From Fimbriimonadales bacterium (GTDB lineage: Bacteria; Armatimonadota; Fimbriimonadia; Fimbriimonadales; JABRVX01), in the NCBI GenBank assembly GCA_045862955.1, contig BTVI01000012.1, positions 1 to 64,000 on the forward strand: 64,000 bases of DNA. Direction: 5' to 3'. Below, one piece after another: positions 37,737 to 46,622 of the stretch (position 1 is the stretch's first letter; each line of letters opens with the position of its first letter). Below the pieces are notes generated by a model that saw nothing but the letters and a program-made list of their open reading frames with translations, was not told the origin of the DNA and ran no database searches. The position numbers and the translations under genes were made by a program.

Positions 37737-38900
37737 ATGAACGGCAAAGGTTACGCCCTGAGCGATGACCCCTGGGACCTTCACCGGCGTGCCGACCGCG
37801 ACCGCATGAGGCACAACGAGAAGCTGAAGGAAGTCATCAAGCAGAACCTGGGCGAGATCATCAGCCAGCAAGACATCATCACCGCGGACGATGGCAAGAT
37901 CGTGAAGGTGCCCGTCCGCGGCCTGGAGCTACCGCGCCTGCGATTCGACCCCCACAGCGGGAAGGAGGTCGGGCACGGCGAAGGCGGAACGCAGCCGGGC
38001 GACATCATCGGCAGGGCACCCTCTGAGAAATCGGGCCAGGGCAAGCAAGCGGGCCAAGAGCCGGGAGTGGACTTCTACGAGGCGGAGTTCACCATCGAGG
38101 AGCTCGCCGAGATGGTGTTCGAGGACCTTCACCTGCCCGACCTGAAGGACAAGGGTGCACAGAACATCCTGGGGGAAGAGGCCGACTTCAACACGGTGGC
38201 TCGCAAGGGCCTGCAAGCGAACCTCGACCGCAAACGCACGCTGCTGGAGGCGTGGAAGCGCAACGCGCGAGAGGGCAAGCCGGGTTGGGAGATTCGCCCC
38301 GAGGACCGCAGATACCGAACCTGGGAGATGGTTCCGCAGCCTCAGCGCAACGCGGTCATCTTCGCCATGCGCGACGTTTCCGGCTCGATGGGCGAGTTCG
38401 AGGCGTACATCTGTCGCAGCTTCTACTACTGGATGGTCCGGTTCCTGCGCAAGTTCTACACCGGCCTGGAGATCGTCTTCATTACCTGCCACACGGAGGC
38501 GAAGGAGGTCAGCGAGGCCGACTTCTTTGCCGCAGGCGATTCGGGCGGCACGAAGCTGTCGGCTGCTTACAAGCTGACGCTGGACCTGATCGAGAAGCGA
38601 TACGACAGCCGAGAGTGGAACATCTATCCTTTCCTGTTCTCCGACGGCTACAACTGGGGAGATCAGGAGTGCGTGGAGCTGGTTCGAAAGCTGCTCGACC
38701 ACAGCAACCTGATCGGCTACGGGGAGATCGCCAGCGACGTCTGGAGCCAGCAGCCCGGCCTCGCGCCTCTGGGACAAGCGTTCATGGACGCCTTCGAAGG
38801 CGACGAGCGCATGGTGGTCGTGAAGGTGTGCAAGAAGGAAGACGTTTGGCCTGCGCTGCGAGAGTTCTTCTCGAAGAGCAGGGACGCGGCACGCATCTAG
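37737..38900 (+). CDS. yhbH: YeaH/YhbH (DUF444) vWA-like protein
   Basis: DR.RH, RDVSGSM, HTEAKEV, SGGT..S, FSDGYNW, GYGEI. Confidence 0.9.
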   Translation: MNGKGYALSDDPWDLHRRADRDRMRHNEKLKEVIKQNLGEIISQQDIITADDGKIVKVPVRGLELPRLRFDPHSGKEVGHGEGGTQPGDIIGRAPSEKSGQGKQAGQEPGVDFYEAEFTIEELAEMVFEDLHLPDLKDKGAQNILGEEADFNTVARKGLQANLDRKRTLLEAWKRNAREGKPGWEIRPEDRRYRTWEMVPQPQRNAVIFAMRDVSGSMGEFEAYICRSFYYWMVRFLRKFYTGLEIVFITCHTEAKEVSEADFFAAGDSGGTKLSAAYKLTLDLIEKRYDSREWNIYPFLFSDGYNWGDQECVELVRKLLDHSNLIGYGEIASDVWSQQPGLAPLGQAFMDAFEGDERMVVVKVCKKEDVWPALREFFSKSRDAARI

Positions 38901-38988
38901 TTCCCCACGTCGGGTTCAGGCGTGCGCATCGGGCTGCGCCGAAGCACCTTGAAAACCAGGGAATCCGAAAAAAATCACGCCGGCACTC

Positions 38989-39017
38989 TTGACAATGCCG
39001 CCACTCTTTGATATGCT
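38989..39017 (+). promoter_or_regulatory. Sigma70-type promoter
   Basis: TTGACA (38989-38994), 17-bp spacer, TG-n-TATGCT (39012-39017); -35 lies inside inverted repeat CGGCA...TGCCG. Confidence 0.75.
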
Positions 39018-39077
39018 AAGCATGTAATTGGAATGCGCGCCGTTCGGGGTTAGGCAGCCCGAGGCGCGGTTGGGAGG

Positions 39078-39989
39078 ATGGTAGTGCGCCCTATGCTTGG
39101 TATGGGGTCGGCCGCGCTGGCCCCTCTGTTTCTCTTCTCCTCGGCTCTAGCCGACCAGCCCGTATACACCAGCTCTATAGGTCTGGCACTGGATCCCTTC
39201 GACATGTCGAAGGGGGTCGTCACCTACACGGTCACGACCTCATGGGAGTTCGATGGCGGCGTGTCGAACCCCACGATTGAGGAAGGAGAAGCCCTCGGCT
39301 TCACTTGGGAGATCCGGTTCGCCATCACCCAGCGTGGAGGGCGAGGCTTCACCCCTGCGATCGTGCTGCGAATGCCCGACGGCGTCTATACGCCCGGGCA
39401 ACCCGTGTGGGGGCAGACCGGCGAATGCTGGCTGGGTGTCATGGGTGACGCCGTGTTCGACTACGACTTGCCGTGGAGCGTGGAGTCGGACAACGGTCTC
39501 GGCACGGATCAAGGCCTCACCGCTGGGCCCGGTGAGATGATGGGTGAGATGTGGGCTGTTGCCCACGCAGAGACCATCTATGATCCTCGCGGCCTGGAGT
39601 ACTGCCGTAACTTCTATGGCGACGGTGGCTGGGTCCGAATACGTGGGTGGATCCGGGGTATGCGGATGCCCGGCATGCCAATGAGCGAACACTTCGTGAT
39701 CGATGGCATGTGGGGACATGTCCCGCCGCACGGAATGTGGGGCGAAGGGCAGCGCTGCTTCCCCACCGGCATCGTGACAGATCCCGATGTCTCGACTGCT
39801 CCGTGGGAAGGGGGCACTCTGTGGGCTCACGGCGGTAAGGGCTACACCGACAACATGGCCTGGCGCTCCTTCAACGTGGTGCCAGAACCGGGTTCCCTGG
39901 CAATCTTGTGCTTCGGCTTCGCTGCTCTCGGACTGAGAGGTAGGAAGCATGACACAAGCGGAACGAGAGGAACTGAACCGATGGCTTGA
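39078..39989 (+). CDS. PEP-CTERM sorting-domain protein
   Basis: Signal peptide; C-terminal VPEPGSLAILCFGFAALGLRGRK; GGGAGG RBS. Confidence 0.85.
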   Translation: MVVRPMLGMGSAALAPLFLFSSALADQPVYTSSIGLALDPFDMSKGVVTYTVTTSWEFDGGVSNPTIEEGEALGFTWEIRFAITQRGGRGFTPAIVLRMPDGVYTPGQPVWGQTGECWLGVMGDAVFDYDLPWSVESDNGLGTDQGLTAGPGEMMGEMWAVAHAETIYDPRGLEYCRNFYGDGGWVRIRGWIRGMRMPGMPMSEHFVIDGMWGHVPPHGMWGEGQRCFPTGIVTDPDVSTAPWEGGTLWAHGGKGYTDNMAWRSFNVVPEPGSLAILCFGFAALGLRGRKHDTSGTRGTEPMA

Positions 39990-41391
39990 GGCCATCTACG
40001 AGAAGGCGCTGGAGATGGGACTCGACCCATTTCCGGTGCACTTCGAGGTGGTACCGGATCATGTCATCTATGAGCTGGGGGCCTACGGGCTCCCGGCTCG
40101 ATTCTCACACTGGACCTTCGGGCGGGACTACCACCGCATGAAGACCAGTTACGAGTACAACCTGACACGCATTTACGAGATCATCTTCAACACCGATCCC
40201 TCGCAGGCCTTCCTGTTAGACAGCAACTCGATGCTGAGCCATAAGCTGGTTGCAGCTCACTGTTACGGACACAGCGACTTCTTCAAGAACAACACCTACT
40301 TCCAGCACACGGACCGCAGCATGATCGAGCGGGCCCGCCTTCACGCCGAGCGGATTCGTAAGTATCAGATGGAGCACGGCCCGGAGGTCGTAGAGCGTTT
40401 CCTCGATGCCGCTATGAGTATTCAGGAGCATCTGGACCCGGCAAAGATGTCGCGGCCTACTACCGAGCCTTCCTCGCAACCGAAGGAGAGTGAACCCCCT
40501 CCCCGGGGCCCCTATGACGACATCTGGTACGTTGTCGAGGAGAAGCCAGCGCCTCCGCCTCGCGAGCAGCGGTTCCCGCCGGAACCCGAGAAGGACCTAC
40601 TCCTGTTCCTGCGCGACTACGCCCGCGATCTCGAGCCGTGGCAGCGAGACTGCCTAGAGATTCTTCGCGACGAGATGCTGTACTTCTTGCCCCAGATGCG
40701 AACCAAGATCATGAACGAAGGATGGGCCTCATACTGGCACGAGAAAATCCTGGAATCCTTGCCACTCTCATCGGAAGAGCATCTGGAGTTTCGTCGCATG
40801 CATAGTGCCGTGCTATCTCCCGGTGGCAGCGTGCACCTCAACCCATACTACGTGGGCTACCAGCTCTTCAAGGACATCGAGAGACGATGGAACGGCGAAC
40901 CCGACCCCGATGGCGAGCCAGAGGAAGACTGGCTGGGTGACATTATCCAGCGGCCGACCGGGCAAGGGCGTGAGAGAATATTCCGGGCACGCCTGGAGGA
41001 CGATGATCAGAGCTTCCTGGGCAAGTACCTAACTGCCGGACTGTGCAAGCGCATGGACCTTTTCACCTATAAGATGGAAGAGGTCAACGGCGAGATGGTG
41101 TGGGTGGTGCAAGAGACCGATTGGCGCAAGGTGCGAGATGCGCTGGTAGCGCAGATGACGAACCTCGGCGCCCCGTATGTGACGGTGGAGGATGGCGACT
41201 TCGAGCACCGCGGTGAGCTGCTGCTGCGACACCACTACGACGGTCGTCCTCTCGACTTCGACTACACGGCGCGTACCCTGCGCAACATCACCTACATCTG
41301 GGGCCGACCGGTCCACATCGATACCGTGTCTAACGATGAACCGGTACGCATCTCCTGCGACGGAGAGAACATCACTCAGACTGGGACGTAG
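39949..41391 (+). CDS. spoVR: SpoVR family protein
   Basis: GLPARFSHWTFG, AHCYGHSDFFKNN, TKIMNEGWASYWH, NPYYVG. Confidence 0.95.
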   Translation: MTQAEREELNRWLEAIYEKALEMGLDPFPVHFEVVPDHVIYELGAYGLPARFSHWTFGRDYHRMKTSYEYNLTRIYEIIFNTDPSQAFLLDSNSMLSHKLVAAHCYGHSDFFKNNTYFQHTDRSMIERARLHAERIRKYQMEHGPEVVERFLDAAMSIQEHLDPAKMSRPTTEPSSQPKESEPPPRGPYDDIWYVVEEKPAPPPREQRFPPEPEKDLLLFLRDYARDLEPWQRDCLEILRDEMLYFLPQMRTKIMNEGWASYWHEKILESLPLSSEEHLEFRRMHSAVLSPGGSVHLNPYYVGYQLFKDIERRWNGEPDPDGEPEEDWLGDIIQRPTGQGRERIFRARLEDDDQSFLGKYLTAGLCKRMDLFTYKMEEVNGEMVWVVQETDWRKVRDALVAQMTNLGAPYVTVEDGDFEHRGELLLRHHYDGRPLDFDYTARTLRNITYIWGRPVHIDTVSNDEPVRISCDGENITQTGT

Positions 41392-41429
41392 CACGTATGC
41401 TGCTGGCCAGGCGAGTCTATCGCGTGGCT

Positions 41430-42180
41430 TCATGCCCTGGCCCGCGCCCTGGTCGGCAACTACCCTCCCACCCGCGACGAGGCCAGGGACCGCGCCGGGG
41501 CATGGAAAAGCGGGCTGGGGCATGGAGACGTTTCGGCATAGAATCTCCCTCCCTCTCCCCCGTTCGCGGGGGAGAGGGTTGGGGTGAGGGGGGCATCACC
41601 AGCCGCTGGAGTCGGGTGCCTCGACGTTCGGCTGCTCAAAGAGTCGCTGGGAGAGTAGCTTGGCGGCAGACGGCAGCCGAAACGTCTAGGCATGGGAAAG
41701 CGGGCCGGGGCATAGAGACGTCTCGGCATAAAAACGTCTAGGCATGGAAACGTCATGCTGAGCTTGTCGAAGCATGCCCTCGCCTGCCGCATGGTAGTAC
41801 CGGGAGTCCGTCATGCTGAGCTTGTCGAAGCATGCGCTGGAGCGCCGCCACCTAACACCTCTTCGCACTATGCCACAGCCGAAACCTTCAGACATCTTCT
41901 GTCCGGGGAGTACGCTGACACCGCGCCGTCGAGGCATGCCCCGGCGCGGTCCTTGGGTTCGCGCTGTTCGTCTGGTGGATGCAGAGCGACGGACGCGGGC
42001 CGGGGCATGGAGACGCCTCGGCATAAAATCTCCCTCCCTCTCCCCCGTTTGCGGGGGAGAGGGTTGGGGTGAGGGGGCATCACCAGCCGCTGGAGTCGGG
42101 TGCCTCGACGTTCGGCTGCTCGAAGAGTCGCTGGGAGAGTAGCTTGGCAGCAGACGGCAGCCGAAACGTCGAGGCATGGA
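41430..42180. repeat. Composite repeat cluster
   Basis: ~185-bp direct duplication (41511-41696 / 41996-42180) with a CCCTCTCCCCC...GGGGGAGAGGG hairpin and GCCTCGACGTT...AACGTCGAGGC arms; two copies of GTCATGCTGAGCTTGTCGAAGCATG at 41752 and 41810. Confidence 0.88.
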
Positions 42181-42529
42181 AACACCTTCATCGGGGTTCA
42201 TTGCGTATGCCCTACCCGGCTGAACGGCTACGACGAGCCACGCAGAGTCCGACGTCGGCGTCTCGGTTCAGGTGTTGTGGCGGAGCGGGCAGCCGGTCAC
42301 GCTGATGCAGTTGGTGGACCCGCGCACGATGCTCCTGGGCAGGGGCAAGGTGCTTCGGAACCACAACACCCCGCCCGTGGGTGGGTGCCGAACCTCGGTA
42401 GAGATCGCCCTGGATGGACCCGCCGACACGCGAGAGAAGGGCTTCCATCAGCCCTTCATCTGTGGCGACCACGTCCGCGACTTTCAAGCTTACGGTCAGA
42501 TGTACGACATAGCAACCGAGCCCATCTAG
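42181..42529 (+). pseudogene. Frameshifted C-terminal gene fragment (fucose/arabinose-isomerase C-terminal-like)
   Basis: NTFIGVHCVCPTRLNGYDEP, then in another frame HAESDVGVSVQVLWR...GGCRTSVE...GFHQ..ICGDH; 5-prime end abuts the repeat cluster. Confidence 0.65.
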
Positions 42530-42632
42530 CTCGCAACTCCCCTCCGATAAGCCCGAGATGCCTCGGAACCGACAATGATTTGGATATGTGCGAAGTTCCA
42601 GATGCCTCGGGCCACGTCGAGGGGGGTTGCCA

Positions 42633-43970
42633 ATGAACGATTACCGCAAGCTGGGAGAATTGCTGGTATCGAAGGGATTGATCAGCAGCCTTCAGCTATC
42701 TATCGCCCTCGCGGCACAGCGCACCTCCAGCAGGCGGCTGGGGGAGATTCTGGTCGAGCGCGGGTTCGCCACCGAAGCCGCCATCGCGCACTGCTTGGCG
42801 GAGCAGTACGGCTACCCGCTTCTCACCCGGGATCAGATGCAGGCCCAGCCAGAAGCTCTCGCCCTGATCCAGCCTGAGACTGCCATCACGATGAGGGTCT
42901 TGCCGCTCGCCCTGTCGGGAACGACGCTGGAATGCGCAATCTGTGACCCGCTCGATATCCAGAGCACCGACGCCATCACCCGAATGACGGGGCGAAATCT
43001 GGCGGTGAAGATCGCATCGCCGTCCGACCTGTTGGCCGCCATTCGCGTGGCATACGGCCTTGCCGAGTCCCTTCCGGAAGGCGTTTTCTCGCGAGTGCAG
43101 TCCCTGCCGAAGCGGTTTCGTAACGCCGAGCCTCGTCGCTGTGTGGATTCCGTGGCGCTTTTCGACGCGTGGGACGAGGTTCTCGAGCGACCCGTCACCC
43201 TTGCTTCCGTGCCCGAGCAGTCGCCCGAGGCCACACACCAGTTCGTCTTGGCCAAGTCGGCGGCACGAGTGCACGCCGATACGGTCGCGGCGGTGTACGA
43301 CTGGTTCCCATCCGAAGGCTACCGCTGGACGGTGTTCGAACAGCTCGAAGGCGAGAACCTGCAGCACGTGCTGCGAACCCGAGGCTCACGCTCGATCGCT
43401 CAGGCAACCCAACTCGTGGCAGCTCTGGCGGATGGGGTGGACGCACTGAGCCGCAAGGGGGGTTCGTGTGACATCGTATGCCCGGCGAACGTGCTGATCA
43501 CGCCGGGCGGACCGCTGTGGGTGCCTCTGGTTCGCCCTCCGGCGGACTACCTCGCGCCGGAAAGCCTCGGACAAGCGGGCGGGGCGACGAGCGCCGTGTT
43601 CCCGCTCGGCACCCTACTGTGGCACTGCGTGACGGGCAGAAACCCACACGAGACGGGCGCGAGCCAAACGAAGTGGGCGCATCCGCACGAGGAGGACTGC
43701 CGGCTGCCGGCAGCTCTGCGGGAGATCCTAGCCCGGTGCCTCGATGCCGATCCGGAGCAGCGGTTCTCCTCGCCGCTGCAGCTCAGCCAGGTGTTGCGCT
43801 CCTACAGCTGGTCTGCTGAGACGCCGGAAGCTCCTTCTCCGACGGTCGAAGCGAACCAAGATCGAGACCGGCTGCTCGATCTGGTGGTGGTGCACGGGGA
43901 GCAGCAGAGTCGCGAGCCGTTCTGGAGGCGCTGGCTCGGAGGTCGGGACCGCGGCGCGAGGATGGCATGA
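42633..43970 (+). CDS. MshEN/GspE-N domain fused to a degenerate Ser/Thr kinase (pseudokinase)
   Basis: Tandem 24-aa (K/R)LGxxLVxxG...LxxQ motifs; DPLD; kinase scaffold keeps YLAPE and DPEQRF but lacks the Gly loop, VAxK Lys, HRD and DFG. Confidence 0.8.
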   Translation: MNDYRKLGELLVSKGLISSLQLSIALAAQRTSSRRLGEILVERGFATEAAIAHCLAEQYGYPLLTRDQMQAQPEALALIQPETAITMRVLPLALSGTTLECAICDPLDIQSTDAITRMTGRNLAVKIASPSDLLAAIRVAYGLAESLPEGVFSRVQSLPKRFRNAEPRRCVDSVALFDAWDEVLERPVTLASVPEQSPEATHQFVLAKSAARVHADTVAAVYDWFPSEGYRWTVFEQLEGENLQHVLRTRGSRSIAQATQLVAALADGVDALSRKGGSCDIVCPANVLITPGGPLWVPLVRPPADYLAPESLGQAGGATSAVFPLGTLLWHCVTGRNPHETGASQTKWAHPHEEDCRLPAALREILARCLDADPEQRFSSPLQLSQVLRSYSWSAETPEAPSPTVEANQDRDRLLDLVVVHGEQQSREPFWRRWLGGRDRGARMA

Positions 43971-44003
43971 CGGTGCGGAGACTAGGTTGGGGGCTCGCGT
44001 AGG

Positions 44004-44810
44004 ATGAAAACGATTGCAGTAACCAGCGGAAAGGGCGGAGTCGGCAAGACGAACCTGTCGGCGAACCTCGGACTTGCGCTCGCTTCGCTGCAGAAGCGAG
44101 TGGTGATCTTCGATGCAGACCTCGGCCTGGCCAACTTGGACGTGGTGCTGGGTACGCGGGCTCCGTTCAGCTTGCAGAACGTCGTGTCTGGCGAGAAGAG
44201 GCTCGCCGACGTCGTCGCCTCGGGACCCGGAGGGGTCCGGTACATCGCAGGGGGGTCCGGTGTGGATGCGCTAGTCAACCTGAGCGGTCCCCAACTCGAG
44301 TCGTTCCTCATGGGATTGGAGGAACTTCAGGGCACGACCGACTACCTCATCTTCGATACCGGCGCCGGGGTGGACGCCCACGTAATGATGTTCCTAGAAG
44401 CTGCGGACGAGACGCTGCTGGTCGCGACTCCCGATCCCGCTAGCCTTACGGACGCTTACGCAACCGCCAAAGTGCTGTACGGCCGCAAGCCGGATGCGGT
44501 GGTGCGGCTAGTCGTGAATATGGCGGAGGACGACGCCCAGGCTTCCGCCCTCTGTGTGAAGCTGCAGTCTATCGTCAAGCAGTTCCTCGGGAAGTCCCTG
44601 CAGTATGCCGGCGCGATCCGCCACGACCCCAAAGCGGTCCAGTACATTCGGCAGCGCAAGCCGTTCTTGCTTGCCGATAGGGGGCTGCCTGCCTCACGTG
44701 GCGTGCTCGCGATAGCGTCTGCCATGGTGGGACAGACGATGGAACAAGAGCAGGGAGGACTTGTCAGCCGCCTCCGCTCGGTATTCGGGCTGGACCGCAA
44801 GTCGGCCTAG
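44004..44810 (+). CDS. MinD/FlhG (FleN)-family ATPase
   Basis: SGKGGVGKT, DADLGLANLD, DTGAG, TPDPASLTDAYA, VVNM. Confidence 0.9.
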   Translation: MKTIAVTSGKGGVGKTNLSANLGLALASLQKRVVIFDADLGLANLDVVLGTRAPFSLQNVVSGEKRLADVVASGPGGVRYIAGGSGVDALVNLSGPQLESFLMGLEELQGTTDYLIFDTGAGVDAHVMMFLEAADETLLVATPDPASLTDAYATAKVLYGRKPDAVVRLVVNMAEDDAQASALCVKLQSIVKQFLGKSLQYAGAIRHDPKAVQYIRQRKPFLLADRGLPASRGVLAIASAMVGQTMEQEQGGLVSRLRSVFGLDRKSA

Positions 44811-45388
44811 CGCAGTTCTGCCTGGTCAATGGTGTGGATGAGGCTCTGAGCGACCTGACGCGCGTTGGCTAGGAACTCCTCGAACTCGCGTCTCAGCCGG
44901 GTCTGCTCGGCCTCGAACTCCTCGCGCTTCTGGCGCGTCTCCTTGTCGAACCGCTCCGCTCGCTCCATGGCGGCCCGAAGGATGCCGTCGCTCTCCTTGC
45001 GAGCTCGAGCTTTCATCTGCTCTGCCGCTTCCTGCGCCGCCGCGAGGATCTCTTCCGTGCGGTTGCGGTCGGCGGTTATCTGTTGGCCCAGCGCAGCACG
45101 CTCCGTCTCGAGCCGAGCCACTTCCTGGCGAAGCGCCTCCAGCTCGGACTCGGCCTGTGCGCGGGCCGCCCGCTCAGCATCCAACTCCGCACGCAGATTG
45201 GCGAGTTCGGCCGCGGCCGCATCGGCCTGCTCTCGAAGGCGCACTCGTTCGGCCTCCAATGCCCGAACCTGAGCCGTCGTCTGCTCGATCTCGCGTCCTA
45301 GCTGGTCCAGATACTCGTGAACTTCCGGGGGCGAGTAGCCTCGGAAGGCGAGCCGAAACAGCGGTTCGCGGTCAGTTTCCCTTGCCAT
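44807..45388 (-). CDS. DivIVA-domain coiled-coil protein
   Basis: FRLAFRGYSPPEVHEYLD followed by a long coiled coil. Confidence 0.85.
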   Translation of the reverse strand: MARETDREPLFRLAFRGYSPPEVHEYLDQLGREIEQTTAQVRALEAERVRLREQADAAAAELANLRAELDAERAARAQAESELEALRQEVARLETERAALGQQITADRNRTEEILAAAQEAAEQMKARARKESDGILRAAMERAERFDKETRQKREEFEAEQTRLRREFEEFLANARQVAQSLIHTIDQAELR

Positions 45389-45531
45389 GGGTTCGCCTCT
45401 TCGCTGGTCTATACGCCACTACGGCAAGTGGCGTGCCGCAGGCGAGGCCCGCCGCAGCCAGCCCCAGAACCCGCCGATTTGCCGGGGCTGCCCAGCATAG
45501 CTTGACCCGCGCGACTTGACCTACGGTTGTC

Positions 45532-45825
45532 TCAGACGCACACCTTCGCGGGGGTGGCGAACACGCGCAAGGCCACCGGCTTTCGGCTCTCGTGGGTCTC
45601 GCAGAACTCCTTGAGCTTCTCGCAGACTTGAGCGGCGAGTTCGTCCGGCATGACGCTGATGAACAGAGTGTTCTGGCCAGGCGACATGTGCGAGCCTCGC
45701 CGTCCGGCCTCGCCGACACCCGAGAAACCGGACTGTCGCGTGTATCCCGGCACTTCGAGTTCCTCCAGGATCTTCGTGACGCGGTAGTCCACTCCCGTCT
45801 CGCACACGATGAACAGCATCTGCAT
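45532..45825 (-). CDS. P-II-like (PG0541-type) small protein
   Basis: AGGAGG RBS; GYT...GVG..G.RGSH..PG.N. Confidence 0.75.
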   Translation of the reverse strand: MQMLFIVCETGVDYRVTKILEELEVPGYTRQSGFSGVGEAGRRGSHMSPGQNTLFISVMPDELAAQVCEKLKEFCETHESRKPVALRVFATPAKVCV

Positions 45826-45968
45826 CTCCCGCCTCCTGTTGCGTAGGGTAAGAGTGCGATGCCGCAGCGCCGCGGCTCACGCCGTCCCGCGCCGCGCAGC
45901 TCCATTATAATGATCCACGCACGAATCGTGTCTCTCTGCCCTCTCTGCCCCCGAGGTAAGCTAGCCGC

Positions 45969-46622
45969 GTGAGCGCACCTGACGAACTGATGGCCCGGCT
46001 GCAGCGGCACGGCCCTGGTTCTCTGGCCCCGGTCGAGCTGCTTGCGCTCCTGGTGGAGTCCGGCCCCTGCGGCGAAGACCCACTGGATACGTCTCGCGAG
46101 CTGCTACAGAACTTAGGGGGCATCCGACGCCTCGGGAACATGGCGCCCGCCGACTTACAAGGTCTTCCGGTGACTCCCGCTGCGTCGTGTCGGGTGCTGG
46201 CCGCCATCGAGCTCGGCCGGCGCGTATTTCACGCAGGTCTCGGCGAACGCACGGTCATCTCTGGCCCCGAGGACGTCGCCCGGGAGTTCGCGCACCTCCG
46301 CGATGAGCGGCGCGAGCACTTCTGCGCCATCCTACTGGACTCGAAGGGGCACATCCTGAAGAGCCGGACGGTGTCCATCGGAGCGCTCGACACTACGGTG
46401 GTCCAGCCGCGAGAGGTGTTTCGGGAAGCCGTTCGCGAGGGCGCTGCCAGCGTCATCGTGGCGCACAACCACCCGAGCGGCGATCCCGAGCCGAGCGAGG
46501 AAGACTTGGCCGTGACGCGACGGTTGGCGGAGGCCGCACGGATTCTGGGCGTGGACCTCTTGGACCACGTGATTTTGGGAGAGAACCGCCACGTCAGTCT
46601 GCACGAGAGAGGTGTGATATGA
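45969..46622 (+). CDS. radC: RadC / JAB-domain protein (UPF0758)
   Basis: ELLALL, AAIELGRR, PREVFREA, AHNHPSGDPEPSEED, LLDHVI. Confidence 0.93.
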   Translation: MSAPDELMARLQRHGPGSLAPVELLALLVESGPCGEDPLDTSRELLQNLGGIRRLGNMAPADLQGLPVTPAASCRVLAAIELGRRVFHAGLGERTVISGPEDVAREFAHLRDERREHFCAILLDSKGHILKSRTVSIGALDTTVVQPREVFREAVREGAASVIVAHNHPSGDPEPSEEDLAVTRRLAEAARILGVDLLDHVILGENRHVSLHERGVI

